Source: Yuukianura sp. NJ FZ-2021
Taxonomy: Eukaryota
Assembly (NCBI GenBank): GCA_046563655.1
Contig: CM102287.1
Span: forward strand, 5,456,001-5,520,000
Length of the DNA: 64,000 nucleotides
Direction: 5' to 3'
Position numbers and translations under genes: made by a program. The notes under the pieces are model-generated. The model made no database searches and was not told where the DNA came from. It was given only the letters and a program-made list of their open reading frames with translations. This document shows positions 51,201 to 64,000 of this stretch, piece after piece (position 1 is the stretch's first letter; each line of letters opens with the position of its first letter).

Positions 51201-54200
51201 GTAATCATAACGGGCTTGAATAGGATTCCACTGTAGCAAGGACTAAGCGGAGCCTTCCAGAACAGAAATCTAGGCCCTTGGGTATACTGTACCCTCAACC
51301 ACCAGATTTGTGTCCCTTGACATTAAGTTGATGAAAGTCCATGGACTCCCCCTCACCCACTCCAGAAATCCATAACTGCCATTATTAGGAAGCCACTCTC
51401 TATTACTTTCACAATTGCTTTCTCCCGGGGTCGTCAGGGTGGTCTCACAAGCCTAACCACTGTACTCGCAGTACCAGCCGACTCTGGGATATTGAAGATT
51501 CATATTTTATTAGGCCCATTCCATCTTCCAACCGCCCCATTTCCCTCCATTTATCTTCCGGGCCCTAGCCATGCGGTTACTTCTGGACATTGTTCCCATT
51601 CCGACTTGCTGGAGAAAAGTAGTGAGTGAGCGACGGTTCAAATTGGATCCTAAAATAGCCTCTGAAAAAGATACTCTGACTCATCGGATTTCACAAGTTA
51701 AGTTTAGGTTGAGGAATATAAGGGGGAGGGTGAGAGTTCAAGGTTCGCAGATTCCGGGAACCAGCGTGCATAATTTATAGATTTATGACTCCCGCTTCAA
51801 GCGCTTCTCAAAGCGCTAGGTCGCTGGAAGGGAGAAGATGGCTCTTTGGCTTATTAACAATTCAACCCTGGAAATGAGCTAAAGAGCACCAAGGTCTAAA
51901 TGAAGGTTTTAATTATTCCAATTCCCCCGCATGCACTTTACATAAGTTACAATTCCAACCGCCAATTTTCAATTCTCAACGAAAATGATTAGGTTAGGGT
52001 GGGATTACTCAATACCTAATGAAACAAAACCTAATCTTCAAACTTTAATCTAACCAAGCCAATCATAATTTCAGAATAGCGATTTCAAAATTCCATTAGC
52101 GTTGATTTCAGTTGAATTTTTCTTTTCTTTTTTGAATTCAAATTTCAGGCTTCAATTTTTTAAATTCCTTTTTACATAAACCGGACGCAGTTATGCGTGT
52201 GCTTTGCTCTGTTTTATATGAATCGCTGGTTATTTTGGTGCATGTGTTCCTCGCAGTCGGTTTTTTGGACAAGGGAGTAGTAAGAACGGAGCTTAAAATG
52301 AAGAATTGCATTTTTAGAACAAGACTTTGGGCTTTGCTACGCGCGTACCTCCTTTTGAGATAGAAATTGGATATGTAAAGATCAGTAACTCAAGGAGCAC
52401 AAAGGACCCGTATCAGTCCTTTCCATAAATTTATCGTGACACTAAGACTATCAAATAGCACGTAGTTTTGTATTTTTGAACAGTTTTGGAAGCCTAGGAA
52501 TCCTTCGTCTCGCTCTCGCTATTACATCAGACAACTGGAAAGAGAAACAGAAAGAATTTTGTATAAACTTTCTCTTCCTCTTTGCATAATAGACGAGTTG
52601 CTACTTTTTCTTCATGTGTATCTCCAGTTTGTCAAAGTTCAAACGAGAAGAAGCGATAGCACAGTGCTAGCGATACTGGGAAGAATACTGTATCCCTAGT
52701 TACGGAAATATTCAATTTGACTCCAGGGTTCGATATCATCTTCATCACAAGTCACTTTTCAAAGAGAGCACGTCCATTCTCCTGAAGAGGAAATGGCCAG
52801 AGGAGCTGTGTCGCCAAAACCGTGTCAATTTCGAGACATTTTACACATACTTTGACACTTGTACCAAATTTGCCAAAATTTTGAATTTTTTTTTCTTTTG
52901 GAAGTTTCTCTTCCGAGAATTGAGTTGAGGCAAGGATAAACGAAGAAGTGGAAGGAACTTATCCAGAATTTGAAATTTTGATTCCATTAGACGTGTGTCG
53001 ACACACGAGGGACACGGAAGTTCAATTGAATTGGAACTTTCTCCAATGGGTTTTGCTATTCTTCCAAGTTCCAAGCGTTTCACAACTTGGATTATTGAAA
53101 GTTAAAAAAACTGTTCAAGTATTTTGAAATAGCGCCTAAAAATTTGTTCCAGCCAAATTTTAAGTTCCGAAGTTACAGTTCTTTATTCTTTCGGGTTTTC
53201 TTAATGTATTGAAATGACTCTATTCGACCCGGATGTAGTGGAAGTAGTATTCTATTTACCTTCGTGGAATACTAGATAGTTCAATTCAATCATCATCGTA
53301 TCATCATCGAAGGACACATTGAACAGCATAGAACCTGACCAAATCGAATAAATGGAGCAGTTGTTAATTTGAAAACAAACAAATGGCATGAAATGACAAC
53401 GCAAACTTTAAAAAATTTGAAGTTGGTTCAGTGTTTTGCAGTGTTTTGAGAATGTTTAGTAGACAGAGGTGAATTGAAAAGTTCTTAAGTTCTTAATGTG
53501 GTTCATAGTAAAAGGACAATAATGAAATTGACAAAACGTGTTCACAGGAAAGGCTTCACTCCAAGGAGAAAGTTGTCAGTTCACTTTCTTTTGGCAACAT
53601 TCAATTCACTTTCACTCACCTTTTATAATAAACTTTTCAACAAAAGTTCCCAGTAGTGCGGGACCACAAACTTTTTCAAAAACTAACTGTGTCGACCAAT
53701 GCAACTGTAAAAGTCTGTACTGGAACGGACTTCACGGACGAAAAACGTACCGCTCAGATTGAATTGAAGTTGACGCTTGTAAAGCCTTGGAGAAAGTTAT
53801 GCAAATATACAATGGAAAGTGGAGAGAAAACTTTTTTAAAGCAGTGAAAAACTTTTTAGAAAGAAAATATATTATTGATATGTCATTTTTAGTACAAAAT
53901 TTTATTGGCAAATATTTTCTGACGTGAGGCAACTTATGTAGCGAATTTATCTACAGAAAAATATACATCCGGCTTATAAATTAAAAGCAGAGAAAAAATT
54001 GCAAAAATTTATGGTGAAATTGCGTAGGCACTCACAGGTATTCCTTTCTGATTATTTTCGGTTTCCTAATCGAATTCAAAGCAAACACAAACAAAACGAC
54101 TTTGATTCGACAGACATGTGGTTTAAATGACGGGTATCATGGAACTTCAGAGCTTTTAAAGTATCGGTTTTCAAAATTGTCAAACAGTTTTTCAATTCTT

Positions 54201-57200
54201 TAAAAATGTTTGCACTTCTCCTTTTAATCTTCCAAGAGAACCGCGATGCTTTGAAGGACTTTAATGGTCACTTTCCAGAGCAAATCTTGAAGAACTACTT
54301 ATGAAATTCGAACGCTTAAAGTACACTTGAAAAGACAAAGAGAACAACGGAAGGACATCAACACGCTAAGCATTTTAGAATCATCCACTTCCTCTTAAAG
54401 TTCCTTTACAATGAAGGCTAAGGGCCCTTTTCCGGAGCGTCTAAACCAAAAACCTAACCTAATGAGACAATGTTATACACTTGTTGTTAGCTCATGGTTC
54501 ACTTATTAAGTTAAAAATTTTAAACCTTTGCTGCGGTATGCCTCTTTTCCCAAAACACAAACTTAAACGGATGCTTTACACTACTACTCAAGATCACTTT
54601 TCACTCAGCACAAGGCAGATGCTTTTTCAGTTGACCTTCACGAAACATGACAGAAACTTGACCTCAAGGGACATTTTTGGGCTTAAAAGTAGAACAGAGA
54701 TCCCTCCAAGTGTAAAACATTCTTTCAATTTCCGGTTCTTCCTCTGCGTACTTACTATGTTAAGGGGGAAACTAATGACTGACCAGAGACTATTAGCACT
54801 TTTCAAATTTTGGAATTCGTTCAGACTTTTCCAACATTTTGACTATTTCAAAAACCCTCTCGGGACTAACGGAAGCACATTTCGAGCTTGTTCAGCTTTT
54901 TTTAGCCTAAAATCTTCCTAGCATTTTCCCGGAATTTGTGGTCTGGTGGAGACGCCGCATAAATGCTGACACTACATCGCTTCCCGAAAAAGCCTCTAGC
55001 GAAAGCCGTCTAATGGTTAGGCCACTAGCTAACTTCTGAAATGGCCTGAAAGACTTAAGTCGAAGAGTGATGAGCCGCAGAAGAGGGAGTGACACCCTTC
55101 GCCCTAACTTGGCCATTCCAACTTACCAAGAACAAGGGGTCCCTTATTTCTTTAATTAAGGGTTCATTTTGTAGGAAATGGGGGAAAGTTTGAACTTCTT
55201 GATTTGATTAACTTAACTGTGTAAAAGTGTACAGTAGGGGAAGAAGAACTGTCCAATTTCCATTTTTATGAGTCTAGAAGTATTAGTTCTCCAGAGTGAA
55301 ACTGGATCCGCAGAAGGCTAATTCGGCTCTTAGCTATTCTGGACCCTCCCTCGTGATTTGGAGTGATAATCCAAAGTGCCAGCACAAGAGTATTATTCTC
55401 CACTTTGATGTTAAGTGAAGGGAAAGTCCTACACAATTGAATTTCGGCCAGAATTACAATCGTGTAGCGTCTTAGGAGTAAGGAAGAAAGGAGAGAAAGT
55501 TCTTGAAAGTTAAGGTTTCTTGTGATGATGATTAAATTGAAACTAACGTCTTAACTTTTTTTTCATAAAATTTTTGGAAAAGCTATTGAATTTTTGGTTA
55601 TAACTTAGGCTAAATGCCTAACTGCATCTACCGAATCATTGCTGAGTCTGAACTCCTAACCTTACCAGGAAGTAAGAAAAGTGAAAGTCGGTCACGAGTT
55701 GTGTGCAGACTTTTTGTGGTCTATAAAGTCGTTCCTGTGCTAAACTTTGCCAAGTCATCAAAAGTTCATCTGTTTGAAATTAGTTTGAATTCTAAAGGAG
55801 TCAGTTGAAGATGACAGGAATGTTATTCAGATTCCCACATATATCATAAACCATAAAGGACCAAAAACTTCTCACGATGGAAACGACTCTCTACTTTCCT
55901 CGCGAAACGATGAATTACTTGGAGCCAGTTGACTTTGGAGTGGAAAGTAATAAAAGATCAGCACCACTCCGAAGTCGTAACCTGTGAACAAGAAACCAGT
56001 CTCGGAAAATAATTAGAACTTGAGTAAAACCTAACCGAACTTTCTTCATCTAAAACTCAAAAGTATGTCAACCAACACAGCAGTTGTCCGCCAAGTTACT
56101 TAAACTTAAAACCGTTTCTGTACTAAAACGTTCATTTTATTACGTTCTTCTGATGTTCAAAATTTCCTGCTAACTGCCCTTCCAACATAAATTTTTTACC
56201 ATTTTAAAAATTCCGTCATCCTCCTCACTGTCACTTCGAAAACTTTCTTTCAATGAAACCGAATAGATCGAAAATCCATTAGCGAACTCAGGTGATAGAC
56301 GATGTGATGAAAGTGTTTATGAATAAACCAAAAGCAAAGGTTAGCTTAACATTTGGAATGTACGGGAATAGTAAATGGGCTGGAACAAGTTTTGTATGAA
56401 TTTTCACCAGCGATCATTCCATGTCATCCTTAGAACTGTTTCAAATAGAAAGTTGCTTTCAAAAGTGTTTCCTCACCTCAAGGGCTATCGACTACCTACT
56501 ATCAAAATGGCCTCATTTTTCATCACTTATGACTATTTTCTCTGACATCCTTCTACTAACGTCCATGCCTCTCTGAACATCAGTCCTGCTCTTCCTGGAA
56601 CAGGAGGCAGAAGGAACAGGCCAAATTGCATCTTCTGAACAGGAAGAACTTTCCTTCTTTCCTACCTTCACTTTTTGTAATGATCCACAATTTTATCACT
56701 TTTTGTACAAAATCGTTTCTTCACAGGAAATATTCAGCAAAGACATCGGAAAATGGATTTTCTACTTTCAGAATAATTTCAGGTGAAAAAATAAAAGAAA
56801 TGTTAAAGTTTACTAAAATTTGAGAAATAAATCAGGTTAGGTTTCACAAATTGAGATAATGTCAAGGAACAATTTTCTCAAGAGACAAACAACGTCGCTG
56901 TTTTGTACAGTGTCCCTTCAGAAAGCGTCCCATGACTAATACCATGATAATGCGTGAAGCTCCTCCTGAGATTTATGTTTATAGTAGGGGTGGCCTTCAA
57001 TTTCATTATGAAGGGACCAAAGAGAATAAGTTTCCAAATCAAAAGAGTGGGGGGAGGGGGCCCTTCGGTCATACTGAGAAACTTTTCCCACGACGGTCAT
57101 AAAAAGATGTATGTCCCAATTTCTCGGTTCTGGACAATGGAATTAGATAGGGATGATTTCCTAAATTACGCGTCTCTCTCTTCTGCCACTCCCATCGTAC

Positions 57201-60009
57201 TACCCATAAGATTCAAAATTTTTCAAAAATCTAAGGAAAGATGTAATCTTTCCTTGTGTCAATCTTCCCAAAATCCAAGGATCCAAGTAGGTTTCTTTTT
57301 TTCAAAGGCCTCACGGCCAGCATCCCCCTCTAATTCCTGACACTGTGACTTGTGACGCAAGATCTCCAGAGATTACTTTCTCAATTGTTGAGTTCTAGAA
57401 GGGGATGAATGTTTTTGTTGGTTTTGGTTAGGTTAGGCTTCGTGGTGGTATCGATGGTAGCTCCCTTGAGACCTATTTGCACCAAGTGAGCCAGTCACTT
57501 TCTTCCTTTCGAACCAACTTTCAACCCTGGGTTCTCTGAAAAATTGGTTGTTTTGATTGCTTCTGCTTTCCCCTCCTCCCTATTCGTCTGATTTGGTTTA
57601 CCATCAATTTAATCTCAAACAAACGCAGAATTATTTTCCGTCAGAATTCGGTAGCTTAGGGTATCTTGAAAAAAAAATCCCCTCGAACATACTAGTCTCC
57701 CGTTGAGCTCCCAACCGAAACCACCAAGAAAAATTGCCAGAGTGAAAGAAGAGAAAGAAATGGACTTTCGCTTTTCTTCTTTTCGTAGAAGATAGGTTTA
57801 GGTTAGACTAACCTGCTATGAGTGCTTACTCAAAAACTGTTCCAAACACTTTGTCTTTCCCAATGGAAAACGAAGTCGGGAGATTTGGAGTTCCCAGTGA
57901 AGCCTTCTTTTACTCTGATAGGACTTATGAAATATGAAATGAACATAATTTATGATCTGTTGCATGGGAGTTCCACTGGAAGTAGGCCACCACGGTGGGG
58001 CCTGGTAGAGCCACCAAGGTTTTTATGACTGTTGTTTTCGGAAGCAGAGGCAGTAGCAGTGGATCGGATCCTCATTTTCAGTTTCACTTCGCAGCCTCAA
58101 AAGCGGTGGCCTCCCTTGACTAACCACGGAGAAAGTCTTGGCGGGAAGATATTTCTTTTGGAAGCACAGTTTTCACCGAAATCGGTTTTTTCGTCTTCCC
58201 AAAAAGTAAACCACCACATCCATCTCTCAAACTTTTCATCTTCTTTCATCTTCCCTATTTATTCCTCCGTTGGTGATCTTTTCGCTTCAGCTTCCTTCAC
58301 CTTGCACAGTTTTCATTCCTTCACTGGGATTTAAAAAGAACAGGCTCTGTAAATCTTCCTCAACGGTGCAACAGGGCACGGGCGGTCATAAATCATCATC
58401 TAATTTCCTCCCTCACTTTGGCACAAAAAACAAGAGCTTTCCCCGTCATCAACAGAAAAAAAGATTATTCAAAACAGAAAGCAAGTGACAGTTGGACTGT
58501 CCAAATCAAGATAAACAAGAAATTGATCTTAAGAATTCAAAAACATTCGAAATCCGTTTTGTAGGCGTCCCATTTCTGCCTAATTTGAACTTAACTTTCA
58601 CATTGAGGGAATTCCTTTAAACAAATATAAAGAATTTACAAGTGTAGACTTAGGAAAAAAAAATACCTAGGGATATGCATTGCAGAACCTCCTTTCATGA
58701 CAATAAAAATTAATGCTCGGAAAGGCAAAGAATGTAGATTTTAGAGTGGCTCTTAAGGTCGTGTAAAGCTAAGAGAAAGTTAATGAAGATTCCCAGGATC
58801 CAAGTTAGCGTGAGTGGGAAGATAAGGAAAAAGAAAGCAATTTTGAACCATTTTCTCATCTTCCAACGCTTCCAAAGTACTCCAACTGGCACCTCCCACA
58901 AGGGAAACTCGCTCGCAATAATATTCCTAGCCTTGAAAGACGAAAAAAGTCTTCCGAAGTGCAGAAATGCAGATGAGGAGGACTTTATTGTTATGAGAAG
59001 GAGACTCTGGAGACCTAAATTCCCAGGAAGATATTAAATTCAATGAGAAAGAAGAACAAGGAACTCAAATTGAATTAAATATTCAACCCTTGAAATGAAT
59101 AGCAAATTGAAGAAACTTTCTAGGAACAAATTATGAAACAAGAAACTTTTTCTCCAAGAGAAATCTCTTTAAAAAAATCACTTTTTTCTTAGAAAAAAGT
59201 TTCTGCTTATTTTGGAAGAAAGACAAAGTTTATTGGATTTCGTTAGACTTTATACCGTGAAAGTGAAGGTTGATTGTGCTAAAACGGAAAAAACGGAAAG
59301 GCGGAGGGTTGATTCTCTTCATTTCCGGCTACTTTATCTTCATCTTCCAACTTTTTTGGTTTTTTGCGGACCTTTCCTTGTCATTTTCCTGGTTCCGAAA
59401 AAGTGCCAACCTCTGAGTTTGGCGTTGACCTCATAAATCTCTATATAAAGTCAAGTCACACTCGGTTGGCAGAGTGCCGAAATTTTTGGTAGCCACTTCG
59501 TGTGCTCATTTTTTCCTACCGTATTCATCAAAATCATAGGTTTCTTTGAGGATGAAGAAAGTTATCTGTTTTTGCTTTACTTTCTCCTTGCTTGCGAAAA
59601 TCCAATCATCCAATCACCAACCTTGCCATGCTTCGGCTGGAGGCCGGTCAAAGTTTTTCGCCAATTTCAGCAGGAGTTCAAAACAACATTCTATGAGATG
59701 ATTAAAACTAATTTCGACCTCCGTGCAACAAAATTTGGCGTTAGGCATTATACTCCCACGACATTTTCATCGAACCGTGATTTGCAAAAACCTCACCCTC
59801 AAATTTACTTTGTAACTTGAAGTTTCAACGAAAAAACAAGTTAAAAACTAGCCCGACATTACTCAATAGTGTCAACAACTTGACACTCTCCAATTAGAAA
59901 TTAAAATGCCAGGTCAGATTGATTCTGACACCTCAAGGTCAAATTGGATGGAAATCAACACTATTCACAATGAGACAATCAGTTTAACTTCGTATATAAC
60001 TGTAACTTA

Positions 60010-60148
60010 TCAGGTGTTCCAAAAGTAACGATTATCTTTTTTCTCTCAGTGTAACTTTTCCATCTCATCTCTCATCTCGCACTGTGGAGTTTTTGGAGCT
60101 TATGGGTTTTGTGCACAAAAAGATAATCGTTACTTTTGGAACACCTGA
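60010..60148. mobile_element. Tc1/mariner-superfamily MITE (139 bp) with TA target duplication
   Basis: Perfect 32-bp TIR TCAGGTGTTCCAAAAGTAACGATTATCTTTTT / AAAAAGATAATCGTTACTTTTGGAACACCTGA, flanked by TA at 60008-60009 and 60149-60150. Confidence 0.92.
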
Positions 60149-60250
60149 TAGCTCTGAACCTACTTTGAACCTAATCTTAATTTTTAAATTTCAGCACCAC
60201 TTGTACTGATTGATGGCAAAAAGTTGCCAAATTGCGAAGTTGGGCAAAGC

Positions 60251-60566
60251 TTGCGATAGGAAAAGAAAAGCAGAAACCTAAAAAGTACAAACCTTACCGA
60301 CGTCGGGTGGGTTTTGGCACAATGTTGGCGAATATCCACGTCACAGTCCTGGCACTTGAACTTCGCAGTTTGTCCACCATCAGAACATCCATGTCCCACG
60401 TCGTCCTTCCTTGTCCGTTGAGAGACTCGTCAAGCAGACTGACTTCGCGAAAAGTTAAAGGCAGAATTTGCGATAGGAAAGGAAAAGCAGGAATCAAAAA
60501 GAAATTGGCACAAACTTACCGACGTCGGGTCTTGACACAGTCTTCGCGAAAATCCACGTCACAGTC
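60251..60566 (-). repeat. Diverged tandem duplication (about 220-bp period) of an exon-end plus intron-start unit
   Basis: ttgcgataggaaa(a/g)gaaaagcag, cttaccgacgtcgggt and atccacgtcacagtc all recur in about 60251-60349 and 60468-60566. Each copy has a minus-strand GTAAG donor. Confidence 0.8.
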
Positions 60567-60834
60567 TTCATCACTTTTTAGTCACTTGTCACTTCAGTTG
60601 TTCAGTTTAGTTTTTAGTCACTTTAGTCAAGGTCACTTGCACTTTGCACTTTGTCCACTGACACTGGTCGCACACAAACTATTTTGCGAAGCCGAAATTT
60701 GCACACTGTTACACAAAAATAAGGAACTTGCAGTTTTTTTTTCACGAGAAGTTCAAGTACGTCCACACCAGCCAAAGTTCTCAGAATCACTGCGGGATTC
60801 AAACATGGCGGCCGACGACACCGCAACGTCAACC

Positions 60835-61032
60835 TTCTAGAAGGTTCTAGAACGTCTTTTTGTCCGCAGTGACTACTATATGGAAAAAGTACTGGCTATA
60901 ACCAGTTCTGGACATAGTGGATCATCTTCAGATAGTAGGAGGGGGGCGCCCCCTCCCCCCTTCTAGAACACTCTAGAAGGGGGGCACTTCCCCCCTTCTA
61001 GAACCTTCTTAGATTTGCTCCTTTTTCTAGAA
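60835..61032. promoter_or_regulatory. Cluster of heat-shock-element-like nTTCnnGAAn arrays with GC-rich hairpins
   Basis: TTCTAGAAGGTTCTAGAA (60835-60852) is four perfectly alternating nGAAn units. Further TTCTAGAA/TCTAGAA at 60961, 60972, 60996 and 61025. Confidence 0.6.
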
Positions 61033-64000
61033 CAATCGATTGATTGTTATGAACAGTCTGTGCATGTAAGATAAGAAATCAAAGAGGATTAACCTGAATG
61101 TATGAACACACCTTAACAACAGAAGAAATCATAGTTTTTAGTTTGTAATCCTTCCAGTTTTAGACATTCTGAAAATGTCCACATCCAAAGGCGTTAGACT
61201 ATTCCAGTTAATCACCGTTCAAAGTTCAACCAAGTTCAAAATTTCGACAGTTTTGGAAAACAGCGCTAACAAATTCTGCATAACCACTTCCAGCACCAGA
61301 AGATTGTGCATCAAAACCATCAACATCAACATGTTCTACGTGAACATACTCAACATAACATACATAGACCCCAATTGCTATTACATATACTACATATATT
61401 ATTTTATTAACTCAACCGCAGCTTAATCTTCACTTTTCAAAACAAGCAAGTCACTGGAAGATGTAAGCACATGGAACTCACCCTACAAAGAAAATCTTGA
61501 ACGAAGCAGGGGGATGAGGGTTGGTTTTTAAAATTTTAAGTTACTCACCCTCTCCATTGTTGGCGTTATTGTTGAGTTTGTAGTAAGGCGTACAAGGGGT
61601 AGATGGCTCACGCTTTTCTGTTTTTTAGTCTTAACGAAATGATACCGAACGCTCTATTTCGTAACATCGCGCGGTTTAAAAATTCTAAATTCATGTATAG
61701 TAAGTTACTGCATGCATCCTGACGTCTTGCTAAAATAAGACGGAAGAGGTGACTGACAAGTTTCAAATGATGAGAAAAGGTCACAGGTCAATCTTGTTAG
61801 CCTAACTACGACTTTCAAATGAGGTCTGAATAGAAACTTTCTAATTTTATGGGTAAGCTGCGTTGCTAGCTTAGCTGAGTGTGTAAAAAATTAGAACCGA
61901 ATTTGGCTGGGTACCGTTAGGCATTCTCACCATAAAACGCTTTTCCTCTGGAGGGTTCGCTTAATTAAAAGCATGAAGCAAAAGTGGCTCGTTAGTACCA
62001 TAAAAAGAAACAAGAAAAAATCTTGGACGTCTTTTGTTTTCTTCGAATTTCTAAAAAAAAGCTAGCAGGGGAAACTGTTTTGTATAAAAATTTAAACAAT
62101 GCCTTGTTTTATTTATAAACCAAATTACCTCCATCTCTTCACGGTTTAATTCGCTCCTTCTGATCCTAATTTAAGCCTAGGAATTCTAATAAGAGTAGTT
62201 TTATTAACCCTTCTTCCATTTGATCCTGAGATGCTAATGGGGAGAACAGTTGGATTTGATATCAAATAACCAAAGTGGAGCTAAGTACCTTGACGGGTCC
62301 ATTAGCAGATCAAATCAAATTAAAGTCAAAACATAGACCAAGCACACAACAACTTCCATAATTGGACTCTCATTGTAAAATTAAAGCAAATCAACCCTCA
62401 TGTTCAGTTCAAAAACACGGAGAGCGTTGCTTGTTTTCATTCTAGTCTCTTGACATAAAAGGTCAGACATTTCCTTGCTGTCGACCTGAAAAAAACGCAT
62501 GCTAAGCATGTCAAAGATTTATGTTGATGTGAGCATTTTTAGATTTTAACTTGTCAGTAACATTTCTAAAACAATTGTTATTGACAATTCGAAGGCTTTT
62601 GATTAAAATGTTTCATGAATTTGACACTTGTCGAATTTTGATACAGCATGAGTGAAGGCTAGCGCTTTAAGACGTAAAAATGTATCCGAATTCGTTCTCA
62701 GTCTTTCCAGATTAAAAATCCCGAAAAATTCAAAAAACTTGTTCTGTGGGAGAGTAAATTGGAGGAAGTTTGCCCAATTTTGGTCACGTCAATTCATTCC
62801 CTATGTGCTTGTCCAACGCTTAAACCTCGAGGATATTTACATTGATGGGTAATTCAGAGTCAATTAGAAGATGATAGTAATTAGACGTTACTTTTGACGT
62901 TAGAAGCGCATACAAGTCCATCCTTGTTGACTCAACATCCCAACCCAAATTAGGTTCACGAATTTAGAGCAAACCTTTCAAAACAACGAAAAACGAAGCT
63001 GAAGTTTTCATGCATGCCGGAGGCATACGTACGGAACGCACACAATCAATGTTTAAACTTCCCTCCGAAATTCTACCTTTTTACATTTAATTATAGCCTG
63101 AACAATTGCAAAAACATGTAATGGTAGTTGGCATTTTTATCCTCCGCTAATTTTCTAAAAAACATGAATTTTAAAGTAACTCAGAAACTGGATTCCTGCG
63201 TTCCGGCCTTGTATCTGATCAATCCTTCTTGGAAAAATGGGCCAACTGACGGATTTAAAAAGTTCCTGCAGGGCAATGTCGAGGATGCTTAAGTTTGCGA
63301 TTAGTTTTAATTACAAAGAACCTCAACTAAACCTAACCAATTAATAAACTGAAGAAACAAAGATGATGGTTAGAAACACGAAGTTTGACGAACCCAGCGG
63401 CCAGAAAGCGATTATCCGCCTCTGAGTCTTTGAGTTTGGACGTGACATGATGATGAGTAGGTTGGAAAGTAAACAATCCCACAGAATCACTCCCATTTAC
63501 CCTCATAAAGGAAATTAAGAAACGCCTTCCATCATCCGCCTCCTGATCAGAATTTAGATATTCATCATCATCCGATTCACATTTTCAAGTTGTTAGTTTA
63601 AGGAATTAAAAAAAACAAGGTCTTTAACTCATAATTTTCCTTAACATGATTCACAAAATTCCGAGAAAAACTGTTGGTTCTAAGAAATTCAGGCATCAGC
63701 ACATTACATGAACATCGAAATCAGAAATCAAAGCAGAGGAAAGTTTCATTTTGTAATTTTAAATTTTGATTTCAATAATTTTCAAACCAAATGTAGTAGA
63801 CTTATCGAACTCAAGTTAGCATTAACCGGAATTTTCGCAATGTACGGAAACTGTACGAGGTTACAAGGGTGATGAGAGGGATGAAATTTTAAATAGACTA
63901 AAACGAAAAACCAAATTTGGCTTTGATGATTCCTTTGTGTGTCTTTTGTGTTTAAAATTCATAAGGTTCCGCTTATTCAGCTCAAGTTTTTTGAACATAA

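Noticed and set aside
52300..54400. Possible decayed F-box/LRR-like pseudogene on the minus strand
   Set aside because: Only scattered fragments (e.g. VVKRLELGRI) with many stops. No frame or domain could be reconstructed.
60232..60840. 202-aa plus-strand ORF
   Set aside because: It starts at TTG, is low-complexity and lies antisense to the splice signals and Cys motif. No recognisable domain.

Overview
Eukaryotic, AT-rich, gene-poor genomic DNA with short GT-AG introns. TTAGG-type repeats and the gene families present suggest an arthropod, possibly a basal hexapod such as a springtail (inference only). Three spliced protein-coding genes can be built by hand. (1) A minus-strand 2-exon secreted cysteine-rich protein with two tandem defensin-like (CS-alpha-beta-type) six-Cys modules (24856-25500). 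(2) A minus-strand 3-exon, 387-aa multi-TM chemoreceptor of the gustatory/odorant receptor type (40962-42355). (3) A plus-strand 5-exon, 171-aa secreted ricin-B/R-type lectin-like protein (44370-45205) whose first three introns are all 3n and stop-free. There are two complete miniature DNA transposons: a 256-bp element with an 8-bp TSD and a TTAGG core (13426-13681) and a 139-bp TA-flanked Tc1/mariner-type MITE (60010-60148). Fragments of a third family occur at 9.7 and 42.7 kb. The oddest stretch is 60.25-61.03 kb, which packs heat-shock-element arrays, interlocking GC-rich hairpins and a duplicated exon-intron unit encoding a degenerate B-box-like Zn motif. The rest reads as long regulatory or non-coding DNA, with recurrent AAGGGSCCTT/GCCCTT and GTTAGG/CCTAAC motifs and some apparently non-coding spliced segments. 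I recognised no rRNA, tRNA, CRISPR array or conserved miRNA. Most ORFs in the supplied track are probably spurious.
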